Part shown: positions 18,741-34,605 of the stretch, in pieces
Numbering within the stretch: position 1 is the first letter of the stretch
Layout: each line of letters opens with the position of its first letter
DNA from: the human T2T-CHM13v2.0 reference genome, Homo sapiens
Direction: 5' to 3' (one strand)
Length of the DNA: 64,000 nucleotides
NCBI RefSeq assembly: GCF_009914755.1
Contig: NC_060925.1
Notes under the pieces: model-generated
What the model was told of the DNA's origin: nothing
Databases searched by the model: none
What the model saw: only the letters and a program-made list of their open reading frames with translations
Program-made: the position numbers and the translations under genes

Positions 18741-20139
18741 GTAAGATACTGTAATGCCATTTTTAAAGAGACTTAGAGCCATCAGTATACTCTAGGCCAC
18801 TGGCTCCCCAAGATACAGCACATGCTTTTGTGACAGAGATTCTTAATTAAAAGATTGTTTGCAAAAAAGAGATTCTTGTATGTCTGGAAGGAAGTGTTGA
18901 TGAAAGGCCTCACCTGCTTTAACTAATAACCTCACATAACAAAAAGCTGAAAGGAGTTAAAATCTGTGAAGATTATACTTGTCATTTATCTAATTTGTCT
19001 TCTAAATTTAATTAAATAGAAGCAAGCAAACAGATGCTATGTATGCTTGCATTAAGAAAAGTTGTTAAGAATGTCTGATTTATAAAATACATTATATTGT
19101 TCACTTTGCAAAAGGATTCATGATAGGGGTCCTTTAAATAGTAAGCTTCCTTAGAACATGAAAGTGTTTGTTTTTAGATAATTAGCTGCTTAAGTGAGGT
19201 TAGGATGATTAGGGAGGAAGAGGGGAATTTAAATCTGAAATGTTAGGAGTTTCTACACTAAAGATAAATCAAAAATGGAAATGAAATCCTAAAAGCTTAA
19301 CCATTGTCTAAAGAATCTTCTTATCTAGAGGTGGCTATGGATGGGCTACAAGAGGGTTCTAATCCTGAAATCACATCCAGAAGGTTGTGTGTGTGCATAT
19401 ATTACAAAGTGCATTTTAGGAGAGTAGATCATGGTGTTCGGGGTCTCACAGCAGGTATGTAACCGAAATTAAGTTAATCCAGTGAGGCTTAGCCACTTCT
19501 GAAAAGAGAATAGGAATTAACAGAAAGGAAAAATCAGTTTATCTAATTTTAATTCAAAATTTATTTTTCAGTAACACCTGTTTTAAGCAAATATGTTTAA
19601 TGCTATACGTACATATATGATATTCAATTATTCTGTTTCTTCACACAACTGTTTTCATAACTTTATTCCTTTAAACTATATGTATATTTATTCATACCAC
19701 CAACAGAAGTGCTTTTTTAATGCTCAGATTTGTCCATGCACCATGTATGTGCAATAAAGAATGGAACCTCCCAGATAGTAATAATACTAATACTGAAGGG
19801 ATATAACTTCTTTAATGCAACTACATAGAAGTATGGAATCAGTCAACTTGATTAAACAGCCCTTTTAGATTCTACACTAGTTTTACTATATCTTCCTGAA
19901 GCAATTTTCTTATTGGTCTTAATAGCTTGGCCAATTCAGTGAAATCAGTCAAATATCTTTATGCATGGAAACTTGGTCAAAAGCACACAATTCTGACATC
20001 TGTAAAAATGTAGGAAATGAACAGTAAGATGAAAATAGAGAAAAAAAGTGTGCATCAGTAGTAAAGATAATTATTTAGCTGTCCTGTTTTATAATAATAA
20101 TGATGATTATGATGATAATAATGAGTGAATTAAGAGGGT

Positions 20140-20465
<326 letters not shown>

Positions 20466-20485
20466 GAGTTAAGAGGTATTTTATA

Positions 20486-20886
<401 letters not shown>

Positions 20887-20991
20887 CTAAGGCTCTGTGT
20901 GATTAATTAACTTGTGCAGGGCCATATAGCTTGTGGCAGAGGTGGGATTTGAACCCCCAGCATTCTAAAACAAAATTAGACATGTGAAGTA

Positions 20992-21335
20992 CAGTCATCT
21001 GCTACATAACGTTTTGGTTAACGAGGGACTTCCTATATGATGGTGGTCCTATAAGATTATGATACTGTATGTTTACTGTACCTTTTCTATGTTTAGATAT
21101 GTTCAGATACACAAATATTTACCATTGTGGTACAGTTGCCTACAGTATTCAGTACAATACCATGCCGTATAAGTTTGTAGCCCAGGTGCAATAGGCCATA
21201 CTATATATAGCCTAGGTATGTAGTAGGCTATACCATCTAGGTTTGTGGAAGTACACTCTATGATGTTTGCATGACAAAATCACCTAACAATGCATTTCTC
21301 ACAATGTATTCCCATGGTTAAAGGACATTTGACTG
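20992..21335. mobile_element. Tigger3a/MER7-type TcMar-Tigger MITE
   Basis: Termini CAGTCA...TGACTG flanked by TA on both sides. Internal text resembles Tigger3. Confidence 0.8.
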
Positions 21336-24080
21336 TATTGAGGAACTTTTATTTTCAGATTTGTTAATGTTATTGTATAAAAGAGTCATAGAATGAATAG
21401 CTTATATTGAAATGAATAATCTTGGAAAATCAGAGTGGTGTGATATTCCCCCTTTTGAGCACATGCTAAGAGGAGGACATGAAGGATGAGGCCAAACAGG
21501 AGGGACCAAGGGGCACCATCACATAGTGGTAATGACAGTTACCTTTCGTCAGACACGACTGTGTGCCAGGCACCAAAGACAGTGCCTTGCCTACTGGTAG
21601 CTTAACACTGTAACCCTGTAAGTAGGTGGGTTTGTTCTCATTTTACAGACAAGGGGAGGACCATTTGCCGAGGTCAAACAGCTAGAGTATGGTAGTTGGA
21701 ATCTGAACCTTTCTCCATCTCACTCCCAGGCTTCTGCTCTTTCCACTTTACCATGCTGCATTTTCCTTTGATCTGTTTGTAAAAGCTACATGGGTGAAAT
21801 AAGCTTTCAGATATTCCTAAGAATCGTTTTTACTTAATATATATTAGAAAATATCATTAATTTGGCCAGGATTGTCTCACAGAGGTTCCTTTCCTGGTAA
21901 GAGTACTGCAGCAGAAGTCCAGAAATGTATAAATGAGGTTAAACTTAATGCGGGCAGGAGAGAGGAAGAAAAAAAGCCAGCTACATTTTCTCAAGTACCA
22001 CACACTTGGAAAATCAATCTTGTATTTAATGGGCCGTACATGTATTAAAAGCTATCATATTTATTCTGTCCATTGTCTTAATGACCTTTATAATACCATG
22101 AAAGGAAGGCATTTTAAGACAGAGATTTTTTTCAATAAGCCTTTTTTGTGGAGTCAAGTGAATTGTGAGGGGTTCAGTCTGTTTTGCAAATGTATCTGGA
22201 TGTGCTGATCTTTTAGGCAAAAAAATGTGCATTTTAATGAGGTATTCTGATAACAGATATTTTCCCATAATGTTCAACTTGGGAAAAAAAAATGTTGTTT
22301 CATTAGCCCTGAATATTGCCGGAGCACTTATTTGTTGTCGGTCAACTGAAAGTTAAGCAAATTTCTCTCTATATATAGTCATATCTTTGGGTGCTGTTTT
22401 GTAGGGGTGAAATGAAATTAAAGAGGATTGTAATCAAGTTAACTTGGGACTGTGCAAAACCCTCCATGAAGTAAAATTCTCTCTTGATCATGCTTAATTG
22501 AAAGACCTGTCAACCACCCGGTTTATCCATAGCCTGTTCATCTATAGTTTTCTTTGCAGAACAGACCCTTAAAAGGTACTATTTGCATTTGAAGTCTCTT
22601 GATTTGCATTCGGTTCTGTACATTCCCAGTGGAATAGCCTAATTTTAATTTAAATTTCTCTGTGAAAACATTTTTTCCAGAAAGGTGAGCACAAAATCAT
22701 TTTCACACAAAGCCCTTTGGTGGGGCATTTCAGTAGGGTGGAGTATTACACAGATTGGAGTCTGGGACACCGAAAGGGAAGGTCCTCTAAGGAACCGCCA
22801 GACTGAGTGGGAAATTCCAGCCGACAATACCACATGGGGGAGAGACAGGCTGTCTGTCACAGCCCCTCTCGAGGGAGTGCCTCTCATTCGGATCATTTCT
22901 TTCCTTTTCCCAGGAAATGTGCTTTGTTTTATTCTTGTCTCAGGCCTGCTAATCGCAAGCCCCTAGGTCCCTGGTTTTAGAAATATCAAAGATACCAGTT
23001 TTTCCTGACATTTCCATACAAATTAGGAGACAGCAATTCTCCCATTCCATACAGACTGTATTGCTTAGTCAAATTATATATCTCCTAAGTGGAGAAAACA
23101 ATATGCAGGTTTCACATTTGCCTTAAGATTAGAGATGCTATTAAAGTGCATAGCAGAGTGCCTAGCATATAGTTGATAACCAGAAGAACTCTCCTTGTAT
23201 GCACCTTTCGTGAGCTGGACACTTCTACAAGTTTTACCTTTGCTGCCTACAGCAGCAGACTTGTATGGTAGGTATTACTAGATTTCATCAAGCCTAAGAC
23301 CACATTTTTAATTTTTTTGCATGTTGACATTTCTGACAATCTATAGAATTTTTAACTAAATGAATATGATACTATTATTCCCATGGCAAAAAAAAAAATG
23401 GCAATTGAGTTATAGAAAGGTTAAGGTACAAGAAATATGTGAAATGCCTAAATGCCAGCCTGGGTTTTTTGAATTCAAAACTCATGCTCTTAGCTACTAC
23501 AATTCATGCCGTTAGAGCAGACTGGGGTTGCCCAGAATCCACAGGCATCAAATGATCCATGATGGACTTCAGGCATCTGTAGACCTCCTGAAATTATTTA
23601 TAGTACTATTTTGTATGTGACTTTTTTTTTCTGGGGAGGTCAGTAGGTTTTGGCATATTCTCAAGGGGGTTCATGACCCCCCAAAAAGCTTAACAAAGAA
23701 CATCTGGGAATAATCAGCCCTAGTTAGTATGTAGGATCTGGCCTTATATGGCACAACATGTTTGAATTTTTTTAAACACACTACATCTGTAGATTGTTTA
23801 TGGAGGCCCAGGTTTTACCTAATCCATATTTTTACCAGATTCATGAATAGCTTCAACAAACCCTCAAGACCTCTGGGCTAGAACTGCTGTGCCTTTTGCT
23901 CCTGAACTGCCCCTGTCCCTCATGATTTATGCCAAACCAATTAGGATTTCATGTCCTATGGTTCCCAGATCACCCTCTGACCACTCCTGTCCCCAGGTTC
24001 CCCCATCCCCTGGGGTGACAGCTCCCCAGACAGCCTTGTCAAAGGAGGCTCCATTTGCCCTCTACCCCCAACCCCCCTAA

Positions 24081-24420
<340 letters not shown>

Positions 24421-25730
24421 CAAAACCCTATTCCTTACCTTGGCTAAACTCCGATTCTTCTTGCCCTCAGCTAAAACACCTCCTCTCCCTCACTACATTC
24501 CTAGGTTTCAACCTGAACAATACTGTCACACTTTCACTAAAAACCAAGATATTGGCTCATGCCTTCTTCTTGGTGGCTGTGCCATCTGTGGAGACACATT
24601 GTCCTCCCAGATCCTTGACTTTCTTATCTCTTCTGACTTCTCTTCCCTCCTTTTTAGCAATTCACTCCCAGGTCTACACTTAGGACTGTGACATCTCCCC
24701 AGATTGCTCAATCTCTAAACATTTCAAAGACTTGCTACCCACCAAAAAATCCTCTTCCTCTATTTTTTCTGGAGCCCCTTTCTCAAACATCACCATGTGG
24801 CTGCCCCCTTATGGCCACATCACAGTTCATCTTTTTGTTTTTAGTCCTTATCCCAAATAAATTTTGATTTTCGAACTCTAGTTTTTGAACTTTCAAGTAA
24901 ATTAAGATTTTTCAGATGTTCAACTCTCCTATCTAAAACTGAAGAATTCTACATTGAGATTCACTTCCATAACTCTAAGGCAATAATGGTTTTTACTGAG
25001 TTTAATGAACTTAGCAAGACAGACATGAGGATAATGCATATTAGGAAGATATTAATGCACAAGAACTGAGACACAAGGCTGAATTGAAAATATGGTGAAG
25101 CCCTGAAACAACCAGGGAATGGATTTGGCTCAGAAGTCTCCTTTTAGAGAACCACTACCTGGTTTCAGGCAATAGCAGCGGTAATTTTAGCCCTTAGCCA
25201 CCCTGAAGCCTTGGATCTCACCTTCTTTATGCAGTTAGAGCCCTCTTTCCATGATTCTGCTGCTGGATTTTTTGGTGCTTTTTCTAAGGAAAAAGCCTTT
25301 AGTTCCCATTTAGTAAAGGAAGACTGACCAAGATACCATTGACTCTGTTTCAGAGTACTATTGCAATCACTGCTAATACAGGGCCTGGGCTATAGTAGAC
25401 ACTCATTAAATATCTGTTTGAATGAACTATGTTACCATTAACTGTGTTGACATTGTCAACTGTTTTTGTCAGTGTTGTGTAACTACTGATAGAAGCAAAT
25501 GGTGTAATTAAGAGGGTTTTGGAATCAGTCAGGCCCAACTTGAAATTCCCACTCTGCGATTTAAGTAACTGTGTGATCATAGACAACATAATCTCTGTGA
25601 GTCTCAGCTTTCTGAGATAGTGTATGTAGAGCTTAGTACAGTGTCTAGCACTGAGTAGACATTTAAGAAGTGTTCCCTAGTGTTTACTTTTGTGACTATA
25701 CTGATGCTATCTTCTGCTTTTCCTTTCAAG

Positions 25731-25851
25731 TTGGGGACTCGCTTCATTATAGAAGCCATGGAGGCAGCAGGGCACTCAATCAGTACTCTTTTCCTATGTG
25801 GAGGCCTCAGCAAGAATCCCCTTTTTGTGCAAATGCATGCGGACATTACTG
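25731..25851 (+). CDS. FGGY: FGGY internal coding exon (121 nt, phase 0/1): [40 protein letters not shown](G)
   Basis: CTTTTCCTTTCAAG| acceptor and CTG|GTAAGT donor. Contains the FGGY-family C-domain motif (CGGLSKN..QxxAD.TG). Confidence 0.97.
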
Positions 25852-27084
25852 GTAAGTCTGGGAAAGAGGAGAGAAGGTCACTTTTTGGCTTGGCAGCAAA
25901 TGGGCATGGCCAAGTTCTGGGTGAAGTGAGAATAGGAGGATATATGCGGTATGCCAGATTATTAGAATAATCCTGAAGTCTTTATATTCACAATGGAGAA
26001 AGTGACTTCTATGACGTCTTTATATGCATGATGGAGAAAGTGATTTCTGTGTATATCCAACCATTGAATAATGGTGAGAAATAACACGAGAGAAGTTGGC
26101 CAGGACTAGATCTTAATTCAAGCATTTACACAACAGTTTTGAATACCTCTTCTGATCCACACATTGTGGAGAATATTGAAGATACGAAGATGAATAGGAC
26201 ATGATCCTTGCTCCCCACCACCCAGGAACTCACAGTCTATTGAGGAAGGGAGACAGCAAACAGGCATATTAAAGATAGTATGGCAAAAGCTTGGCGTGAG
26301 AAAAGTACGGGGTATCATGGAAACATAGTGGGGCACCTTGTCTGGTTTGGGACCTAATGGCAGCTCAGGGCGTGTGGTCTGGAAGAAGTGATAAGAAAGC
26401 TGTCTTGAAGAAAGAATGCAGAGGCTGGATGCTATAGGATCTGTGGGTATGATTGCAGACTGGGAATTTGAGCCCTAAGACCCTGAGATCCTGTGATTCC
26501 TTCTCAGCTCATCAGAATCAGGGATCATAATAGAGATGCAGGGAATCACAAATAATGGGCTGAGCTCTTTGTGATATCAGCAGACAGTGGGGGAGAAGGA
26601 TCCTTAGCAAGCCCCTAGGACCCAAGGAAGGGGCCCCATTGGCAGGAGGCTTTCTGTTGTCGCAGAGAGTGGCCTGGACCTCTGTCTCTCTGGACCTGAT
26701 ACCCTCACCCCTTTTACTCCTTGCCCCTCTAGTGTCTCCTGGGGACTGGAGACCCATTCTCTCCCAGGACCCATCACTGGGTGGCCAGGTACCACCAGGG
26801 CAGGGCAAGGGGAGGGAAAGTGGGGGAGGGTTGTACCCATCCCATAGTCCCAACTCCAGCCTGATAAGAGCCCACTTGACCCTACCTCCATTTATCATTA
26901 TCCTTTGCTGTCCCTCATCCCCTACTTTCTTACCTCTGACTTCTGGCCAGGTCAAAGTCCCTGCCCCATTATATCCTCCATCCCCCTCTAAGCCACACAG
27001 ATTCCTGCAGATGAGAGCCTTGTCTAACACGATGGACGTAACTGATCTTTGCACATCATGAGATGAAACTAAGTAAGTCACTTA

Positions 27085-27546
<462 letters not shown>

Positions 27547-27961
27547 TCACGCTGTAGACACTTAATCCTCCCATACCACCAAAGGTAGAAATCGGTGCCC
27601 CCATCTTACAGACAAGCAAGTTGATGGGTGGGTAGGTGAATTAAATTGGCTATCTAAAGTCAAACAGCCAGTATGGGGCAGGACCAATATTGTAACTGTG
27701 GTGTGTCGGGGCCCACCGTCCCTTTGTACTGTACTGCTGACCCAGGTTTCTTGACTTTTCTGCCAAGTTTGTAACCAGTTGATGATGACGCCACTTTCCT
27801 GAGATGTCCAAAACCCTATAGAAGTGGGCCGTTCAAAGCAGAAGGAGGAAAGACATAAAAAGAGCCCAGATTGCCTTATAATTGTCCTCAGGAGAAAAAC
27901 CATAACATTTTATCTAAAAATCAGCTGGCTAGTTCAGATAACATTCAAGCTTAAAATTTGA

Positions 27962-28156
<195 letters not shown>

Positions 28157-29669
28157 TGATAGCCAAAAAACTTCCTATCTGGATGCAAGAGGAAAGATGA
28201 AAGTCAGCTTTGGAGAACACAGTACTCTAGAAAATGGGAAACAGGGCCTCCCAGAGCAGAACAGCTAGCTGTGAGTGACCCCGGCACTGACTCCGCGCTG
28301 CAGCCCTGGACTTTGTGAAAATGGGTCATCTTCCAGGCCCTACATCCCTGGGCTGACTCAGAAGCACGGCGGGGAGTGCAGCGGCTTCACAGAAAGTTCT
28401 GCTTTGGAAACTGTTCTCCTCTAGGCTGTTGAATGAAAAGGCTGTTAATCGTTATTTGGATTCCGATTGAAACTGGACCTTTTGTCTCTAACTATGGACC
28501 AGTTACAGTTCCAGACAAAGAGACCTTTTATTTAGCCTGGAATTCCTCTGCCTTTGGAAGCCTGTGACTGACAAGTGATGGCAAAGTGCATCTGCCTTTG
28601 AATGCTTTGGGTTCTGCTAAACTCATTAATGCATCAGATAAAATAGTTCACATTCCAGCCAAAGCTGCCCTCTTCCTCTCCTTCACCCAGGACTCAGAGA
28701 AAAGAACACATTTGCATTTGTCCCTGTAAAAGGCACGTACACAAGCAGCCAGTATAGAGGTAGTGTCATTGGTGCCTTTAAACATTGTATTGCTCTAGTT
28801 TTCCTACAAAGACAGTTAGGGAGGACTGTAGACCTGGAACATGATTCTCAGAAATGCATGTGAAAAACACATTCGAATTTGGGAGATTTTTTTGGAGATA
28901 GTGTGGAACAGTGGAAAAAGCAGATCAGCTCTGTGACTTTGGGCAAGTTACTTTACCTCTCTGAGCCTCAGTTCCCTCTTCTGAAACAAACAAACCAAAA
29001 AACATTATCATCTCCCTCATGTAGATCACTGCTGAGGAATAAATGCTTGCGAGTTTGTGAGCATCAAACTCTGTGCCTAGTCCAAGTAGGTGATCAGTAA
29101 ATGTCAATTCTCTTATTCCATCTAGGAAGCCCCATGCCAAAAAGAAAGAGGGGCATTTGAGGGAAAAAAAAAGCAGCTTATTATTTTGAAAGTGAATCTT
29201 TGCCATGTTGAGAACAGCCTGCTCTGTACAAGCAGGGAGAGCGGGGCCTTGCCAGCTTGGGAAATGCTGTCTACATGAGGAGGAAGAACCTCCTTGTACC
29301 CTGGTCATTTGGTTAACTGTGGTTTCAAGAAATACTTGGTATGTACTAAGTAATTGTTAAGTTTCCCCCACTGACTTGGGACTAAATGTTCCTTCTTCTA
29401 AGTTTTATTTTTTAGTACTGGTAGTTTCAGTAGGGGTTTCCCTCTTCTGGTCTTACTCATTATTTTAATTATTTGTTCTTTCATTTATTCACTCAAAAGC
29501 ATTCTCTGTGCACACCAGTGTGCCAAGCCCTGAGGTTGGCACAGGGATGCTAAGAAGAACAGTAATGTCCAGCCAAGAGGTTCTTTATAAAACACAGAAA
29601 AAGTGCCCTTGGTCTTATGACCAATATCCAGAGTGAGTAGAGTGGGGACCCAGAGGACAAAATGTGTCG

Positions 29670-30052
29670 GTGTCAGTCAGGTCCAGGCAGGGAACAGATA
29701 CACACTCCAGTTAGGTTAACCGGAGGGAAGTTGAATAGTCAGTGTACAGAGCTGTGGGCAGGGTGCTGGAAGCCCAGACAACCAAGAAGTACCTTGGGAT
29801 ACTAACAGTGTTTCCACCCCTGGGCTCACAAGGGTGAGGGTAGGGAGCAGGCAATCTGAGCCTGGTGGGATGTGTGAAGAGGGCAGCCCAGCAGAAGCTT
29901 AGCCAAGGATGAAACCAGAGGGCAGGGGCCCACAGCTGTGATCCCCACTGGCCAGTCTCCCAGGCTCAGAGTAGGTGGAGGGAGGAAGGGAAGAGGTGGG
30001 ATTGGTCTTAGAGGCAAATGGAAGCAGTGGATTGATTTCACCCTGGGTAACA
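29670..30052. mobile_element. Ancient ERVL-type solo LTR (family uncertain)
   Basis: Begins TGTCAGTCAGGTCCAGGCAGGGAACAGATACACACTC. Related text occurs at ~40820-41210. Confidence 0.45.
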
Positions 30053-32483
30053 GGTGTGAGGAGAGACTTCAGAAGTAAGGTAAACTTTAAGAATAACAAC
30101 TAATGCTAATTTAGTGCTTTCTCTAAGCCAAGCACCATTTTAAGAGCCTTATTATAATAGCAGTTTTAATTCTCACAGCAACTCTATGAGATAGGCGGAA
30201 TTTTAACCCCATTTTTCAGATGAGAAAGCTGAGGCACGGAAAGATTAGGTATCTTGCCTAGGATCACACAGCTAAGTCAGTGGGGAAGCCAGGATTCAAA
30301 CCCTGGCAGTCTGGGTTCAGAGCACTTTGGGCAGCAACTTGAGAGCTGATAGGGGATTCACCAGGTTCACTCACATCTCTGGTTCGCAAGGGGAGGGGCC
30401 TGTGAGTAGTTCCTCCCTGCTCACAACTCAGGGAGCTTTTGGCAGGGTAGGAAGGCCCGGGAAGTGAATGGTGTTTGGAGGCACTGTCTTCAAAAACGTC
30501 CCAGGTCCATAGAGAAGGCTTGATGGTCATAGTCGCACACCCATCTGTATCATTCCTAGGATTCTTCAACGGCTTGCAGTGCTCTCTCCTGCTGGTGTCA
30601 GCACAGCCCTGTAGTGTGGCCTGGCATCTGTCCTTCCCCTCTGGATGGTTGATGGGAACCTTTATTGTCCCTTCCCCACTTATCCAGTTTTTAGTCCAGG
30701 TCTAGTACATGCATAGAGGCTTCACTTGCCATCTACCTGAATTCTAACAGTAGCAGCCATCATTTCTCCAGGGCTTACTGTAGGCCAGGAAATATGCTAA
30801 GCACCAAGTGTGTGCCCTCTCATTAAGCCTCACAACACACCTGTGTGGTACATCTTATCATCATCCCCATTTTACATTTGGGATGATCCCCATTTGCATT
30901 TGGGAACCAAGGCTTAAAGAGTGTAAGTGACTTACTGGACACAGAGCTAGTGGAACCAGGAAATAAACTCAGGTCTGAGCTTCTCCCAGCATTCCCACCC
31001 CACCTGACACCATGTTGGCAATGTCTTAAGTCCTGGCCCAGTTGAGAGCTGGTATTCCTAAATTCTCTGGGGTGTCTGTGGGAATTTACTCCCCTGCCCT
31101 TTTTCTCTGGGTAGCTGGAGGAAAGAATTGAGTGGGGAAGTAATGGGATGTAGAGAGAGTGTCTTCTCAGACAAGATAGGAAAAGAAATCTAGGCTTTGG
31201 GAAAATAACTCTTATGGCTTGAGTAGAAGACAGTTTTTACACCACAAGTTTACCTCTGTAAAGTTTGCTGCCATCTCCCGATTAGCAGACTAATCTATAC
31301 ATTATAGACCTAAGAATCCTAAATTATTTCTGTTAATCTTAAACCTACCATGAACCCTCAACCTCTGGGCATTGGCATATGGAGGGCTCCTCCCTGCCTG
31401 GTGGACTCCTGCTCACCCTTCAGATGCCTGTTTAAGCCTCATCTCCACCGTAATCTGTGATGACCGCTACCCCAGAAATGTAAGTGACTCATCATTCAGT
31501 CACTTACCATGTGCTAGATACTGGTCTAAATGCCAGGGATTCCGCAGTAGTCAAAACAGAGTCCCTACCCTCAAGTAGCTTAAGTTTTTGGAGGGGAGAC
31601 AGACATTAAACAAGATAAGTAAGTAAAATACAATGTTGGAAGGTGGGATGAAGCAGTTAAGGGGGTAAGGAGTGTTGAGGGAAGTTGTAATTTTAAATCT
31701 GATGGCCAGGGAAAGCTCAGTAGGAAGGTGATGTTTGCGGAAACACTTGAAGGATGGGCCGGCAATTAGCATGTGGGCATCTAGGAGGAAGTGTTCCAGA
31801 CAGGGAACAGCATGGGTAAGGGCCCCGAGGCACACTCAGGAAGCAGCAAGGAGGCCAGGACTACGTGGCTGGAAGGAGAAGAGGAGGATATCAGAGAGGG
31901 AGAAGTGGGGCCAGATCTGGGAGGGAGAGCCCCTTGTCAGCCACTGTAAGGGCTGTGGCATGCACCCTGAGAGAGGGGAGAAGCCCCTGGAGGGATGAAT
32001 CACACCCTCTCTTGCTATCTCCTTTCCCTTAGCACATCTCAGTTAGAGAACCAACCCCCTCCGTAGCCTTCATCTCTCTCATCCATTTCCCTCTGAAACC
32101 TGAATAGCAGGGCACAGTCCGATTCATCTCAGTATTCCCTCGGCCAGCAGAGCGCTTAATAAACATCAGTGGATCTGAACTTGAATCAAATGGCAGGTAG
32201 CAGCTTGCAGAAGCCTGAAAAACCTGGGCACTGAGGTCTCGTGAGTTGATATATATGGTGTTGGTTCCCTTGGGCTCTTGGCTACTGCACCAGCAGGCAC
32301 AGGCAGTGAAATCTTTTAGAACCAAATAATCCCAAGGAATAAAGAAGGGAGGACTGCAGGGAGTCGGGCGGGGGGCCTGCTGCTGCCCTGATGTCAGGTG
32401 TTTTTGCCACTGCGGCTGCTTGTTGGCTCCTCACACTCCCCTGGCTCTGCTCCCTAACCAAGGTGTGGCCTTGTCCTGCGCAG

Positions 32484-32578
32484 GCATGCCTGTGGTCCTG
32501 TCGCAAGAGGTGGAGTCCGTTCTTGTGGGTGCTGCTGTTCTGGGTGCCTGTGCCTCAGGGGATTTCGCTTCTGTACAG
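32484..32578 (+). CDS. FGGY: FGGY internal coding exon (95 nt, phase 1/0): (G)[31 protein letters not shown]
   Basis: TTGTCCTGCGCAG| acceptor and CAG|GTATGT donor. Phase matches the preceding exon, and the E...GAA motif of FGGY kinases is present. Confidence 0.97.
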
Positions 32579-34239
32579 GTATGTGAAGACCAGGGGGTGG
32601 GCTGTGGCTCCTCCCCTGTCTGAGGCCATCCTTCCTCTTGACAGCAGCTCGCATTTTACAAAATACACACAGGATATAATTAAGAAATGATAGGTTCCAG
32701 CCAGGGAAAGCACAAACACTTCTAGCCTCAGACATATTTATTGCAGTTTTCATTTGACTTGGCCTCGGTTCGTGTTGGTCGTTCTGTTTTTCAGTTGTTT
32801 TTTTTCTTTCTTCTTTAAAATACCTTTTAAATTATTCCTTTTAAATTTCCCCTTGACCACTTTTCTTTGAGCACATGAAACAGGTAAGGCTCAAAACTTC
32901 AGTGTTTCATGTGTATTTCAGATTTTTATTTGCTTATGTCAACCTCACCATTTTCTAAATACCTTGAAGGCCTCTATCAACAAGAGACACAAATGAAACT
33001 GTCAGTATGAAATAAAAAAGGAATTAAAAGGGAAAATAAGGAACAAAGATATAGGAAGAAGGAAACAATTTGGTGGCTGTGATTAAACACATAATTTGGC
33101 TCAGAGCTTCCTGGCAGGCAAGACAAAAAAGAACACATGATAAATTGCATAATTCTTACTTTCAAAAAGAGGAAACATACTAGTTTCTGGTGAGAGGGAA
33201 AACTTTTCCTCTCACCAAATTGCGAAAGACTTTGCACACATGGGGCTTTGTGGAGAGGTTTTGAGTGCTAAAATAATACAAGGTAAACAATGAATGTGGT
33301 ATGGAAGCTAAGAGCATACAGGCTCTGGCATTAGACCACCTGGGCTCAAATCCTAGCTTGATTACCTACCAGCTCTTGTGGCCTAAACAGTCTTCTCTGT
33401 ACTTCCACTCCTTTATCTGTAATAGTAATTGACAGCGCATCGTGAGTTCTGTGTGTCAAGCATGCTCATTTAGTCCCTGCAATAGCTCTATTATCCCCAT
33501 TTTATAGTTGAGGAACCTGAGGCATAAAGAAGTTAAATAACTTGGCCTAAATGAAACAGCTAGTAAATGCCAGAATCAAGAAGTCTGGCTCCCACTTCTC
33601 AACTGAACGTTCAAGAGATATTTGTTCAGCAAAGCAGCAGAGTCCAAATGACTTGCCCATGGTCTCAAGCTTAGGACTACAAGCCAGGTATCTAGTAGCT
33701 CAGGAATTAGAGCTTTGTTTATTGTGAACCTCTTATGTTCCAGACACTATGCTAGGTGCTTTTTGTATAATCTTCCTAATACCTATAACAATGCTTCATG
33801 AGCCACAGAGATTGGGCCATAGAGATCCAAAATTTAAGGGTACACTATTGGGAACAGACAGATGTAAAAGTGTGATGCTGTTTGTACTGCATTTTGGAAA
33901 ATGTGGTACACTACACACTATCCAAGCCTCTGAAACTAATGACTGTGAAATCTCCCTCACAAGGAATTAAATCCACTCATGAATTCTTGTGGATTCTGAG
34001 TGAGTCTTTAAACAAAGGTGGTATAGTTCAGTTCTCGACTTTTTCTGGATAGTCTCGTCCTTTCTCAAAAATAGCACATGGAGATATTTGTTGTTGAAAT
34101 ATCAATGAATTGTCAATTATTATTTTAGTGTATCAGCTGACGGAGATGTTCTCACAATTAAATATCTTGCCCTTCCTGCGGCAAATTATAATAGTTAAAA
34201 CAGGGGGGATGCTTACTAAGGTTCTGCAGAGGTTACCCT

Positions 34240-34605
34240 GTGTTGTGAACTGAATATTTGTATTCCTGCAAAATTTGCCCTGACCCTCAATGTGATGGTA
34301 TATGGAGGTGGGTCTTTGGGAGCTAATTAGGGTTAGATGAAATCATGAGGGCAGGAGCCTAGTCTGATGGGTTATGATGGTCTGATGGGCCCTTATACAA
34401 AGACACCAGAGAGCTTGCTTGTTCTCTCTGCCATGTGAGGACACAGCAAGAAGTCCATTTCTATAGGCCAAAAGAGGGCTCCCACGAGACCCTGACATTG
34501 CTGGCACCCTGATCTCAGACTTTGAGCCTCCAGAACTGTGAGAACATAGATTTCTGTTGTTTACCCAGTCTATGGCATTTTGTTATAGTAGCCTGAGATA
34601 AGACA
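34240..34605. mobile_element. MaLR solo LTR (MLT1A-like)
   Basis: TGTTGTGAACTGAAT... start, CCATGTGAGGACACAGCAAGAAG, CCTCCAGAACTGTGAGA and ...TAAGACA end. Confidence 0.8.

Noticed and set aside
26518-27081. Overlapping 187-aa (-) and 140-aa (+) ORFs
   Set aside because: Locally GC-rich intron with low-complexity Pro/Gly/Ser content, no recognisable domain and no splice or promoter support.
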